A DNA stretch of 64,000 nt from Marsupella aquatica (GCA_973895155.1 OZ316899.1:11996834-12060833); one strand, 5' to 3'; counted from the first letter of the stretch, positions 23,698 to 36,094 are shown. Translations and numbers: made by a program. Notes: a model not told the origin generated them from the sequence alone.

Positions 23698-26600
23698 TGT
23701 TATGAATACACAAGATGATAGTAGTCAATAATCCCCACACACTTCCATTATGCCAAGGACTTATATAGTCCAGAAGGGTTAACATGGTTGGGTTAATGTT
23801 AACCTATCCTATACTAGGGTTAAGTCATATTATGGGTTATAACACTTCCCCTTGGTTACTTGGACGGGGTGTCAAGGAACCACACATTTAACCCTAGTTT
23901 AAAAGTGGGAGTCACTTATGATGTAGCCTCATCAAACCTTGCTGCTTTCCTCTCAAGGAAGAGTACTACCATCATTACAATTTGTGGTCCCTAATTCAGA
24001 AAGTCTCTAATGTGTATGCTCTAAGTCTAAAAGTAGCCTATTACTGTCTAAGCCAGTGGGCTAAGAGTAAGTAAGCGTTTATTTGTTACTCTAGTCGGGG
24101 TAGTATTGTATTCATGACGGGGGAACATGTGTCTCTCTGTAAACTGTTCGTTAGATACTATGATTTAGTAGTTTGTCGAGGTTCTACTTCGATTTTGCGT
24201 TGGCTGTGTGTTCGTGTCGGGAGTTGTCGTTAGTCGAGGAGGTTAGGGAGGAGAGACGATGCATTCCAATGGCGCTGACGTGCTTTCGATGTGTAGTCGC
24301 TGGTAGCGGCTTGGTGAAGAGGTCGGCGCAATTGTCTTGTGAGCTTATCCACTTTACTTGTATTTGCTTTCCGCTGTGTTCGTGCGTAAAGAAAAATTTC
24401 GGGTCTATGTGCTTGGTTCGATCGGTCTTCATGTAGCCTGTAACTATCTGGTCGACGCATGCCCTATTGTCCTCGTAGATGGTGGTTGGATTTGTGAGTA
24501 AGGTTTTTCCTGTCTGTTTGAGTATATGTGTGATTATACTACGGAGCCAAATCGCTTCGCGGCATGCCTCATAGAGGGCAATTACTTCGGCGTGATTCGA
24601 TGACGTTGTGGTTAGGCTCTGCTTCGTGCTTCTCCAAGATATGGCGGTTTTACCCTGCAAGAAGACGTATCCTGTCTGCGACTTTGAATCTTGGGGGTCT
24701 GAGAGGTATCCAGCGTCCGCGTATCCTGTAAGTTCATCCTCGCTTTCGTTGGGGAAGAATAGTCCCATGTCAATTGTTCCTTGGAGGTATCGGAATACTT
24801 GTTTTATGTCGTTCCAGTGGCGTATTGTCGGGTGCGCGCTATGTCGTGCGAGGAGGCTCACTGCAAAGGATATATCCGGTCGGGTGTTGTTGGCCAGGTA
24901 AAGGAGGGCTCCGATAGCCGATAAGTATGGCTTATCTGAATCTAGTATTGGTTCGTTGTCCTGTCTTTGCCTGAACATGTCCTTCGCAGTGTCTAAGGAT
25001 CTCAGCTCCATTGGTGTTGATACCGGGTATGCCTTTTGCATATTGAATTGTTGGAGGATTTTGTTTGTATAGGTAGACTGGCTAATGAATGTGCCTGTCT
25101 GTAGGTGATCGAACTGAAGGCCGAGGCAGTAAGTCGGTTCTCCCAGTTCTTTCATCTCGAAAATGCCCTTCATTGTGTTGATTGTTTGTCGTAATAGTCG
25201 TTGTGTACCGAAGAGATTAATGTCATCGACATATAGCGCTAACACGACGAACTCTGTGTCTACTCTTTTGATGAATATACAGGGCGCTATGTCTTCTGTA
25301 ATAAATCCGAGTGCTTGTATTTCGGTTTTAAATTTCTGGTACCATATACGGCCGCTTTGTTTCAGGCCGTTTATGGATTTCAATACTTGCACAGCAAATG
25401 CCTGCTGTCCAGTCCTTCGTTTTCCGGGGTACTGGAGTGGTGCTTTCTGTGTGTTGCCACTGCTCAACACAAGGCCTTTACAATCATCATTAGGGATAAT
25501 CTGGTCAATTCCCGACTTCATATCCTTGCTCAGGTTCGGGTATTGCTTCCCCTGAATGTGTTCTGCCACTCTTTCGAGTAATTCCTTTGGTGCTTTCATA
25601 TGAATTTCGGAGTCTAAGACTCCATATAGGTATGCCGTTACTACGTCCATAAGGATATTGCATAACTGGTGTTTGCGAGAGAAAGCAATTAAATACCTGA
25701 ATGTCGTCACGTCCATTACTGGTGAATATGTTAGATCATAGTCCCTGCCTGGGATCTGGGTGTATCCTTTTGCTACTAACCGCGCTCTGTATCTGATAAC
25801 ATCACCTTTTGCATTTCGCTTTTTAATGAACGTAAATCGGCTGTCTGTATAGTCATTGTTAGGATCAACTTGTTTGACTGGTCCGAAGACTTGTCGACAG
25901 ATTAGCGCATCCATTTCTGTGTCAATGGCCTCTTTCCAGTGTGGCCAATCTGACCTTGTTTGTGCTTCTTTGATTGTTAAAGGGTCCGAAGTATCATTGG
26001 TTATTTCTTGAGCTATATGGTAAGCAAATTGTTCGTCGACAGTAGTGTTTTGTCTCGTGTAAATTTGTCCTGTATGCTTATACTGAATTGACATCTCCTC
26101 ATTACCCGATATGTCTGGTGTCTCGGATTCATTATTAATGAAGTGAAAAGTAGTTTCAGGAATTACCTGATGGGGGCGTCTTTGGCGGGGTCGGGTATCA
26201 TGTGATCCTGGTGGCCTACCTCTTTTCGCCTTAGGGGCAGCTACTGTTGCTGGAGGAGTATTCATTTGTACTCTGGCTGGTACATTGGTTGCCTCGTTGT
26301 GGGATTTTGTAACATTTGCTGCATCATTAAATGCATCTGGGATCTTATCCAGCATCTCGTGGAGGTGGAGTAATCGTCTAACTTCTGCATCCGTTTGTTT
26401 CGTCCTCGGGTCCTGGTTGAGTAAGTTTCTGCTGTTCCAGTTGATCTTGTGTGGGTGCAAGTCCCCTGTCATTTGTTTGTCTATGCTTAGGGTGGGAAAA
26501 GTGTCTTCGTAAAAATGACAATCTGTATGTCTGGCCTTAAACACATCGGCTGTTGTCGGTTCCAGGTAGCGAATGATCGAGGATGAGTCATTTCCGATGT

Positions 26601-29490
26601 AGATTCCTTCTTGTCTTTGAGGTCCGATTTTTGTACGCTTGGGTCCCAGTATTGGGACCATGACTTTGCATCCAAATACCCGCAGGTGTGACAGGTCTGG
26701 AGGTAGTCCGAACGCTAAGTGGTGTGGAGTCTTTGTGTTGAACGTCGATGGTCTGTATTGAAGCAGTGTGGCAGCATGGAGGACTGCGTGTCCCCATGTG
26801 GATAGGGGTAACTTTGAATTCATTAACAGGGGTCTGGTTATCATCTGTATACGCTTGATAACGGATTCTGCCATTCCGTTTTGGAAATGGACATATGGGA
26901 CTGAGTATTCAGTGTCAATGCCCGCTGCCCAGCAAAACTCATCGAATGCTTTTGAGGTGAATTCCCCTGCACCATCCACTCTCAGTTTCCGAATTGGATG
27001 TTCTGGGAATTGTGCTTTAAGCTTTAGAATGTTGGCCAGTATCCTAGCGAAGACCAAGTTGCGTGTAGAGAGTAGAGATACTTGCAGCCATTTGGTCGAA
27101 GAGTCGATGATGGCCAGGAAATACTTAAACGGTCCACTTGGTGGGTGGATCGGGCCGCATACATCTGCGTTCAGGTGTTCCAGGAAGTTCGGGATGGCAT
27201 AGATTGTCTTCTGTATTTGTGGGCGTGTAATCAGCTTCCCCTGAGAGCACGCCAGGCATTGCCTTTGTTTTGTTGATGGGTTGACTCCTTGGGGGATTCC
27301 ACGGGAGTCATGAATAATTCTGCGGTACATATTTACTCCGGGGTGTCCCAGTCGACAGTGCCATAAGTATGTGATATCAGGTAAGTCTGCAGTGACATAG
27401 TGAGCTTGAATTTGAGTTGCGTAGAGGCCTGGTGGTATAAGGGGTAAGGTTTCTTTAATATGTATACCTTGTTCGGTAACCTCCACGATTTGGAGGGTAT
27501 CTTCCTCGTCTGTTTTCACTGTGCGCAGTTGATATTTATTTGCGACTATGTCTCGGAAGCTGATGAGGTTCCTTGTAGCTCGCGGGGCGAATATCGCTGC
27601 TTCGATGGCGAGTGCAGTGCCTCCTGGGAATATTACCGTGGCTGTGCCTTTACCCTCCTCAATCTGGTTTGTGCCTGAAATGGTGGTCATATGCCGGGCT
27701 GATGGGGTAATTGAGTGGAAATATTTCTTGTCCTTTAGTATTGTATGAGACGTACCGCTGTCAATTATGCCCAGATTGGGGTCTTGTAGTGTGTAGGGTC
27801 CTCTTGCTGGAGTTACTATGTGGGTCTCCACTTCATGAGGTTGTTCGGGGTCTTTGTAGGTGGCTATTGCTTCTTCTAGCTCCATGTAGTTCCCTGCTGG
27901 GTTTTGTTTGAGTCTAGCTCTTGATTCTGTATGTTTCCTGGCTGTTTGGTCTGATGCCCAACAATTTTTCTTCAGGTGTCCTATTTTTCCGCATCGGTAG
28001 CACATCCTGTCATCTTTGGTGTTGTCCGATGCATTATCACTCATCCTGCCTCTGCCGCCTACTCCCCTGCCTCTTGTGTTGTATGATTGTCGATATCCTC
28101 GACCTCTGTAGGATTGGTTTCTACCTCTGCCTTGGTATCCGCCTCTGCCTCTTGGTCGGCCTCGTCCCATGTTATCTCGCTGATAGTAATTTATCTCTGG
28201 TTTGTGTGGTGGTGGTTCTGTTCCCGCAGGTCTTTTTCGGGCGTTTTGCATGGCGATCACCTGTTGCTTCTCTTCTACAAGTAAATGTGCGATAAGATCT
28301 GAATATGTGGTGAATTGCATATTTCGGTACTGTGTACCGAGTGCAATGTTTGATTCGGGGAATGTACTCAGTGTCTTGTCGATCTTATCTGCGTCTGGGA
28401 CTGGATGGCCGCAGAGTTCTAGTTGAGAGGTAATTTTAAATAGAGCGCTGTTGTAGTTAGCAATGGAAGTATGATCCATCACTCGTAGGTTGTACCAATC
28501 GCGGCGAGCCTCAGGAAGCCATATTTCGCGCATATGGTCGAATCGGGCCTTTAACTTGTCCCACAGGAGTCGTGGATTGACTTCGTTCATGTATTGGGAT
28601 TTTAGTGAGGGAACCAAGTGCTGGCGCAAAAGGAACACGGCCTTGGCCTTCTGTTGTAGAGTCAGATTTTGGTCTGTGATTAATGTATCTTCAAGCTCCA
28701 ACGATGCGAAGTATGTTTCCGCATCTACGGCCCATGTCAAGTAGTTGCTGCCGTCTACTAGTAGGGCTGGGAAATGTAACTTCTCCAATGTCGCCATGTC
28801 TATTTCGCCTGATTTTGGGCCTTATAAATATATGGTGTTCCTTTGTATCAAATGCCTATGACTTTCGCCTTGTCCCGCCCGATCGATCGGCTGTTGTTAT
28901 GGATCAAGTTAACCAAAAGAAAGAGAAACGATAGCGATCCTTTCGCTCAAGGCACGGGACTCATCTGCCCCTTGAATCGCATCCAAATTGTCCCCGATGG
29001 AGTTCGTTCGTATGTCCTTGTGTGCGGTCCTCAAAGTTTTCAGTTTTCGCCAATGTCTTTTATTTTGTTTTTCGCGTCTCGTCACGTTGTCTCCTTCGTT
29101 CAAGGTTGAGAATCTTCGCTCGTGATTAGGCTCGACGCTCTATGGCCAGTTCTTTGTTCTTCGATCATAAGCTTGTTTTCTCTATTCTCGGGAGGTAGTT
29201 AGGCGGTTATTCTCGCCATTAGAGCAAAAAACACACAACATTGTGTTGTTTTCTTTGTGTGGACCTCGATCTATTGAGTTGTCAGATTTTGGGGAGGGAG
29301 CACATGTAAAAAAAATGTAATTGAGCAAGTCGCGCTGATAACGTGTTATGAATACACAAGATGATAGTAGTCAATAATCCCCACACACTTCCATTATGCC
29401 AAGGACTTATATAGTCCAGAAGGGTTAACATGGTTGGGTTAATGTTAACCTATCCTATACTAGGGTTAAGTCATATTATGGGTTATAACA
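23698..29490 (-). mobile_element. Ty1/copia LTR retrotransposon, Bianca lineage, intact
   Basis: Identical 147-bp LTRs at 23698-23844 and 29344-29490; TSD GAACC; PBS CGTTATCAGCGCGA (minus, 29343-29330); PPT AAGGGGAAG; single uninterrupted ORF. Confidence 0.97.
24184..28797 (-). CDS. Copia Gag-Pol polyprotein (1537 aa)
   Basis: DGSNYLTWA gag, CYRCGKIGHLKKNC knuckle, DSGTSH protease, WHCRLGH..CLAC, DVCGP/DGAGEF/NGMAE integrase, YRARLVAKG/YVDD RT, GYADAGY/YEDN/ADLFTKPL RNase H. Confidence 0.97.
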   Translation of the reverse strand: MATLEKLHFPALLVDGSNYLTWAVDAETYFASLELEDTLITDQNLTLQQKAKAVFLLRQHLVPSLKSQYMNEVNPRLLWDKLKARFDHMREIWLPEARRDWYNLRVMDHTSIANYNSALFKITSQLELCGHPVPDADKIDKTLSTFPESNIALGTQYRNMQFTTYSDLIAHLLVEEKQQVIAMQNARKRPAGTEPPPHKPEINYYQRDNMGRGRPRGRGGYQGRGRNQSYRGRGYRQSYNTRGRGVGGRGRMSDNASDNTKDDRMCYRCGKIGHLKKNCWASDQTARKHTESRARLKQNPAGNYMELEEAIATYKDPEQPHEVETHIVTPARGPYTLQDPNLGIIDSGTSHTILKDKKYFHSITPSARHMTTISGTNQIEEGKGTATVIFPGGTALAIEAAIFAPRATRNLISFRDIVANKYQLRTVKTDEEDTLQIVEVTEQGIHIKETLPLIPPGLYATQIQAHYVTADLPDITYLWHCRLGHPGVNMYRRIIHDSRGIPQGVNPSTKQRQCLACSQGKLITRPQIQKTIYAIPNFLEHLNADVCGPIHPPSGPFKYFLAIIDSSTKWLQVSLLSTRNLVFARILANILKLKAQFPEHPIRKLRVDGAGEFTSKAFDEFCWAAGIDTEYSVPYVHFQNGMAESVIKRIQMITRPLLMNSKLPLSTWGHAVLHAATLLQYRPSTFNTKTPHHLAFGLPPDLSHLRVFGCKVMVPILGPKRTKIGPQRQEGIYIGNDSSSIIRYLEPTTADVFKARHTDCHFYEDTFPTLSIDKQMTGDLHPHKINWNSRNLLNQDPRTKQTDAEVRRLLHLHEMLDKIPDAFNDAANVTKSHNEATNVPARVQMNTPPATVAAPKAKRGRPPGSHDTRPRQRRPHQVIPETTFHFINNESETPDISGNEEMSIQYKHTGQIYTRQNTTVDEQFAYHIAQEITNDTSDPLTIKEAQTRSDWPHWKEAIDTEMDALICRQVFGPVKQVDPNNDYTDSRFTFIKKRNAKGDVIRYRARLVAKGYTQIPGRDYDLTYSPVMDVTTFRYLIAFSRKHQLCNILMDVVTAYLYGVLDSEIHMKAPKELLERVAEHIQGKQYPNLSKDMKSGIDQIIPNDDCKGLVLSSGNTQKAPLQYPGKRRTGQQAFAVQVLKSINGLKQSGRIWYQKFKTEIQALGFITEDIAPCIFIKRVDTEFVVLALYVDDINLFGTQRLLRQTINTMKGIFEMKELGEPTYCLGLQFDHLQTGTFISQSTYTNKILQQFNMQKAYPVSTPMELRSLDTAKDMFRQRQDNEPILDSDKPYLSAIGALLYLANNTRPDISFAVSLLARHSAHPTIRHWNDIKQVFRYLQGTIDMGLFFPNESEDELTGYADAGYLSDPQDSKSQTGYVFLQGKTAISWRSTKQSLTTTSSNHAEVIALYEACREAIWLRSIITHILKQTGKTLLTNPTTIYEDNRACVDQIVTGYMKTDRTKHIDPKFFFTHEHSGKQIQVKWISSQDNCADLFTKPLPATTHRKHVSAIGMHRLSSLTSSTNDNSRHEHTANAKSK

Positions 29491-30288
29491 GAACCATAGT
29501 TTTTGCTGTCATTAATTTTCCAGAGTTAAGATGAACAAACAGAGTACAAACAGAGCACAATGAAGCACCACAGTGTGTCGCACGGGACCTCTCACCTCTG
29601 CCTGAACACCAGCCGCACCCAACACCACACCAGAGATCAGCGGTCTTGAAAACAAGTTGACACCCTAAACCCGGCACTTCCAATGTCGCCCGTTCCAATG
29701 TCGCAGCGCGTTTTTGTTCTAGCTCGTTCTCCTCTTGACCGAAGAACAACCCAACAAGCAAATGGCGGAAGATGGACGCACTTAGCACCTGGGTGAATGT
29801 GGTCACGTTGCGCTTCAAGTGTGGCCTAAACCCTTCCTCCTCCCTTCAATCACAGAGAGTCTTCGACCGCAAGAGCAAGAAGCACTTCCTCTCCTCTCAT
29901 CTCCCAATGCTATGCAAGGCAAAGAGGTAAAGACTTACAAAGCTAATGGCGGAAGACGGACCCCCGCACCACGAACTTGGCGTCCGACCCTAAAATTTCC
30001 CGCAATGCCCCCGCAATGCCTTCAGGGAGCACTCACAAACGCACCCAACACCCGATTGAATGTGGTCAGGTCGCTTCAAGTGTGGTGTCAAACCCTTCCT
30101 CCTCCCTGAAATCACAGAGAGCCCGACACACTGCACACTAAGAATCCCATTGTTTCTCCATAAACCTTCGTTCCCTCCTTGATTGATCGACTATCGATCG
30201 CCCCTCTCAATGAGTCGCCTCATTCGCTCCACCTCCCCTCCCCTTTGTAAACCCTCTTTGCGGACGAAGACCCTACATTTGCTCCCGC

Positions 30289-30421
30289 GCACAAGGGTGG
30301 AGAGTACTAAGGTTCTCAGCCAGTGACATGTAAGGGGCTCATGTAAGGGGGTACTGCACAACGGTGGAGAGTACTAAGGTACTCAGCCAGTGACATGTAA
30401 GGGGCTCATGTAAGGGGGTAC
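30289..30421. repeat. 67-bp tandem duplication in the CACTA subterminal region
   Basis: GCACAA(G/C)GGTGGAGAGTACTAAGGT..CATGTAAGGGGGTAC twice. Confidence 0.85.
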
Positions 30422-30807
30422 CTCTACTATTTGAAGCTTTCTCACATAAAAAGCTTGAATGTTTGGCAATTGGTGAGTAGCACTCACTCACATAAGAACC
30501 CTAAACTAAGACAATCAGCTTAGATAGTGGACCTGCCATTTTCCTTATGATGGGATGTTGTAATTAAGTGGTATCCCCCATCCAACTTCAAAGGTGCATG
30601 GACAACCTTGAACCATGAACAATGTCCCTTGCACCTTGAAGAATGAGTGATTGAAAAGAGTAGGTAAAGTCAACATCGCAAAGGAGTCGCAACAAATGAG
30701 TGGAAACTTTGTGGAAGTGATACTTAAGACATATGTAGTGATAACACCCTAAACTTCCATAACCTTGTCACAGTAGTCAATAGTGGTTTGGTAAAAAATA
30801 GGGGGTA

Positions 30808-30819
30808 TTTCTACTAGTG
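30808..30819 (-). repeat. CACTA 5' TIR
   Basis: TTTCTACTAGTG = reverse complement of CACTAGTAGAAA. Confidence 0.7.
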
Positions 30820-33744
30820 CTTTTCATAGAGAAAATGGAGTTTTTCCTTATATCTATTTGCCTTCCTCCTTCAGTTATAGATGGAAATTGAGAAGAATAA
30901 CAAAGATAACTTCCTTGCAAATGGAGGTCTCCTTACCCCACTTGTGATGGTTCCTCTTCCTCTCTTCACAAATCCATCTAATCACTCAAGGTCCCAATTA
31001 ATTAGTCATTCTCTCTTGAATGTGCAACATGTGGTGCGTCCCATGGCTCCCTAAACCCAAGAAACCCCCTTGCACAAGCCGATTCCTGCAGGTTTCGCTC
31101 TTGGCAAGGCCGGTTCCGTGGCTGTAGCGGCATGGGGCGCTGCTAACTTCACTACTAACATTTTACACACATATACTAGACAGATCCTTCATCGGGTCAT
31201 GAGATACGTAGCCGGCCTATTCTATGCCTTCCCTTGTCTTCCTCTCATGGTCTTCCTTTAGGTATGTTTGGATTCCGCCACCGGAATGATCCCCAACTGG
31301 CTTGGGTAAGCCGCTAAGACCTCTCTCAGTTCGACACATCCAACTCTTACTATCTTGCTTACTCCCTTCTCTTGGTTGATGTGGGAAATCTTCAAACAAG
31401 TTAATGCGACACACAAATTAATAGCAAAATGACTCCTTCTGACTGAGTTATACCATGCACTTGTCATACAAACAGTACTTCTCATACACAAGACCTGCGA
31501 ACTAAGCCGTGAGGCCAACTCTATTCATCTCTTAGGCATGAGGAAACATGAATATACACAAGGGTCATAGTATAACTAACCAAGAGCTTCTTTTACTACT
31601 TGAATCCCAGCCCTACTGGTGCACTAAAAACTTGCTAAGGAAGAAGGCCCTAAACTCCCCGTTGCCCAGGTACTTATCCTAACAGTGGATCCGCCTAATT
31701 CCTTGCAGCGTAAGCCTAATCTATCCTAACTGAAATCTACCTATGTACAGCAAGGTAGGAGCACAAGTATTGCTCTTACCAGTGGATCCGCTCTCCCACT
31801 AATCTAAGTGTCAGGGCCGCCTCCTGGTTCTGATCCTAATTCTAAACTTGGAGATCTGAGCCCGCCCTGCCCACTCACGCCTCCTTCCACATCCGCCCTC
31901 CTTAAAAGGAGCGGCCCTCCACCACCGTCATGGTAGCGGTGGCTGATCCTCAATGGACGCCCCCAACACTTCCTCCGCAGCCATTGCCGTAGGTCCGTCT
32001 TCTGACAGATTACCTGCCCCAGACCGAGTCAACTCTCCATTGGCCTGACTGGGTCCACCCTCGGCTTCAGCATTAGCATCGGCCACGGCTTCCAATACGG
32101 CTACGGCCTCCCCGACATGCTCTAGTGGTGGATCTGGTACCCCAACTTCATCACTAATTGTCCTGGCCTTGGCTTTGCTATCCCCGCCTTCTAGGACAGT
32201 TGGATCCTCTGCCGTGACCCTGCCTGAGGTTGGTGTTGGGTTCTCCTCCGTGGTCACAACGGCTTGAGAAGCCGTGTTACTCCCTGACCTAGAAGGTTTC
32301 CGCTTCTTCTTCTTCCCTGTTTCGGCAATTGGTCCCTTCCCCTTGCCACTTACTTCCGGCACCGGTGCGAGTGTCGCGGCTTGTCCTTTGGCTAGTACTA
32401 CCCCTGGCAACTTGGTTGCCCCACTTGGAGTTGGAACTGATGAAGCCAAGCACTTAAATACTGCGGCTTGTTTCTTTAGCCGCTCTGTTTGGTTGTCGGC
32501 CCACCGCTGTAAGTTCTCCATCTTCCTCGTGCTTTCTTCCAACTCCTCCTGCATTTCGTCCAAGTCTTTCCGCGCCTCCTCCAGCTCCTTCGGGGCTTCC
32601 TCCAATTCCTTCTGGGCTTCCTCCAATCCCTTCTTCAAGGTAGCCCTCTCCTCTTGGGTTTCTCTCAGCTCCTTGTCAAGCTCCGTCATAACCTCAGACT
32701 CCATCTTGTTCATCTTGGTATAAGTCTGATCGAGCTGGTCGTCTTTCTCACGCAGGTCGGCCTTGAAGCTGGCTGTCAGGGATGCAAGCTCCTGCTGCAG
32801 CACAATAATCCCTTGATAGGATCTCCCTAACTCGGCCTCCTTCTGCTCAAGGGCTCCACAGATATCCTCAAGCTCCCCCTTCAACGCCCTCTCCCTCCTT
32901 TGGGTCTCCTCCATGGCCCGATTGTTGGTTGCTATGTGGGCCTCCTTTGCGTCCCTCAGCTCTCGCTTCCACTTCTCCCTTTCCTTGATCGCATCGGCCA
33001 ACTCCCCTTGGGTCCGAGTTAGTTTATCCTTGATAATCTGATTATCAGACTGAGCGGTATCCAGTTGCCCCTCATGATGTTTAGCTCATGCTGCTTAATC
33101 CGCAACTCATCTTGGGCTTTCTTAGCCGCCTTTAGATCCTCTGCCTTGGCTTCCTTCTCTCTAAGCCATCGGATGACCTCGTCCTTCTTTCTTCTCTCCA
33201 AAGCCACCGCTTCTTCCAATCGGCGTTTTTCCAACATCTCTCTCTGGAAAAAAGGTCCCTACTCCAACTCCACCCCAAAGATGTTGAGCGCAAGTTCCCC
33301 AGACATCTCCCCATACTCCATGGCTCTTTCTTTAGCATGTGGAGTGAGTAGTAGTCATCGGCATCAACCACCGCGGTCTTTGTTCCCAAGCCGCCTTCCT
33401 TATTTCTTCTATATTGGTTGGAGGGTTGCCCCATCTTTCTGGAAGCCGCCGGATGTCCTCTGGCCATTCTCCCCCACGTAAATCCTTCTCCCTAGCCAGG
33501 GCTACCTCCTCTGCTTCCCTGAGTCACTCCTAAAACTCCTGTGCCGTCTGTTTTATCCCGTCAAATCTTGGGGGAGTGACATGCGGTGGGGGAGACTCCG
33601 GGCTGCTCTGCTGGGTGGGGTCCCCTCGAACTACTCTTGGAAGCGTGGGGATGAAACGGCCACAGGTCCTTACTCCTGGGACATGATGGTCCGACCCATA
33701 GTCAGAGTCATTATTGTCGTAGTCCTCCACCACCTCCTCCCCGG

Positions 33745-36094
33745 TGTCACGCGATTGACATGGGTCTCAACACCAAAACCGTCACTATTGGGTGCCAAAA
33801 CCATCTCCTTGTACCTGAGGATCACAAAGGGATGCTATGAAGGCCGGTAAACACCAATTTATACCCTTAACACCAGACTATCATAGCAAGACTCTGTCAC
33901 ACATCACCCAAGCTCAATCCCTAGGAACCAAGGTTGGGATTCAGATCCTGTGCTCATGATAGTTCTGGTGAGAAAGGGTCTTCATAGGTATATTTCTATT
34001 CCGCCGTCGGAATGTACCCATAAACTAGTGACTCCCGACTGATTCCCGGCTTAGGGACTTCTAAGCCATTGCCCCACCACTCTGCCATTCCACTCTCAGC
34101 AATCAGAGCTATGATAGCCCTCACCCAACCCACTTCAATGCACCCGGTACACCTCTCAGTGGCGCTGCTAGTCCCATCATACACTCAAATTGCCTCACAC
34201 ACACAAACACATCCATGAGAGAAATGAGGCCTGAGAGGAAAACTCAATTAGATTCAAAGATTGCACAATAGTTCACTGAGAACACTTGATCTGAACACTA
34301 GGCCCGAAGGCTGTCTCCTCCAGATTGCGACATGCTTGCCAAACAAGCCCCGTGCTTGCCATGCAAGCTCAATCCTGAACCTGAGCCCGGCTCACTCTAG
34401 ATTGCGATGGTAGATTGGACTCAAACCAATCCCGTACTTGCCTTGCAAACTCAATCCTGAACTCAACCTCCTTCATTGCACTTCATTCTTGGGGACACGT
34501 ACAGATCTCACACCTCCATTTCAAAATAGCAAGTTACGCATGCACAGTTGACTTGACTTCAAAGCTGGTACCAGGTCTAAAGGCGATCTACCCCAGACTA
34601 TAATGAGGCCCGGCCTCATGCTTGCCCTGCAAGCTCAGCCCTGGCCATAAATCCCTTAGTGCTCTCTACCAGACAAAGGCCGGGACTCCCCATGGATCAC
34701 GTAGCCTTGCCAGACTGAACTGTAAATGTTCCTCCTGTTGCCCCTCAATCAGTGTCTCAGCCTTCCTAATGTGCTCACCGCAAATCACATTGAAATCCTC
34801 CCCACAGTTTACAATCACCAACACATCACCTATCACCAAGGCTTTGTATTGGGGAAAAAGAACCCAGTTGTGTTGCCTACTAGAAAGAGCCACAATCCAG
34901 CTTGCAAACCTGGCCAACTGTTGCTGTGACGCGTGGTTGATTACTCCCTGAGTAATAGCACAACCAAGCTCTCCCCAACGCACAGCTTCCAAGCCCAACC
35001 TTCTTTGCACAGAGCTCCTCCCTGCTGCTCAGTCTACGTGAGATCACACAAATGAAGTCCCCCCTGCCTCTATCGGGGGGCTGCTCTATATACTCTCATA
35101 CTGAGCCCAAATGGATGGATACTACGCTGTGGAGCCCCATCCCAGCCCTAACAAAGCCGCCACTATCTCTAACTACTGAACCCTAACTCGCAACTTTATT
35201 TCTATCTCAAATTGGCTATGTACTTCGAATTTCGCCCTCCTCCATGGTTTTTGCAAGCTTGCGCCTCCTCTCCCAATTTCTCTATTCAACCATTTGCTGC
35301 GTTGATAGCAGTGTTGGAAGCGACTTGAGCTCCTCTTTCCAACGAGGTCAATTATAGCCGATTTGGTCAAATACATAGAGTTATGCCCCACAACCGAGAG
35401 AGGGTACTCACTGCTGCGCTAACCCGAGTTACATAGCTAACCCGAGTTCGGTTAACCTAGCTATCCTATCTAACCCGAGTAGAGCTAACCCGTGGTCTCG
35501 GGTTAGGCCGCTACCCACTATCCGCTAACCTAGGCTAAGCTGAGCCCGAACCCGAGCTTGCCTATGCTAACCCAAGCCCGAGTTTAGGCTAACCCAAGTT
35601 CAGTCTAACCCAGGATCAATCTAATCCAAACCCGGGTTAAGCCTAAGCTGAAGCTGTGCTGACCTGAGCTAAGTTGAAGCCGTGCTTACCTGAGCTAAGC
35701 TGAAGCCGTGCTTACCTAAGCTAAGCCATGGCCGAGCTTGGGTTAACTTGAAACTGAAGCCGAATCCGCTAATTCCGGTCACAAGTTAACCCGTCACACT
35801 AATCAGGCCATATCTTCCTTAATACACCTCCGTTTCCCAAGTGTTTTATATCGATTTTACTCATCTTGACCAGATCTTTCCAATGCTCTTTATAGATCCG
35901 GATTTGGTGATATATTGAAAGAGATATGGTCGTCGATCACCCGCGACATTTCTTTTATTTCTCTACTCTTAACGCCATGATTGCCCTTATTCTTGCCATC
36001 TTGCTAATTGTTATGTAATATCAATAGCTACTCCTTGCATACAACAACCTACTTAATCAAATTACAGAATAAGGACCATGTCATTGGCGTCACA
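33745..36094 (-). mobile_element. Probable solo LTR (2350 bp) of a different family
   Basis: TG..CA ends; flanks CCCGG/CTCGG; interrupts the LTR ORF; shares a U5-position box with the gypsy LTR. Confidence 0.75.
35410..35790. repeat. Array of short direct and inverted GCTAACCCGAG / GCTAAGCTGAAGCCG repeats
   Basis: Many AACCCGAG/CTCGGGTT and GCTAAGCTGAAGCCGTGCTTACCT units. Confidence 0.75.

Larger units (their letters stand above)
7216..30819 (-). mobile_element. Large CACTA/En-Spm transposon with cargo genes (5' TIR at 30819; 3' end not in window)
   Basis: TIR CACTAGTAGAAA on minus at 30819-30808; co-oriented PHD, BRCT and Tnp2 genes downstream; two nested LTR elements, each with a TSD. Confidence 0.7.

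Noticed and set aside
25163-28934. Plus-strand ORFs overlapping the copia polyprotein (and similar antisense ORFs over other TE genes)
   Set aside because: Shadow frames of real coding sequence on the opposite strand
34666-35010. 114-aa ORF inside the 2.35-kb solo LTR
   Set aside because: Short, no canonical start, no recognisable motif, no second copy to test conservation
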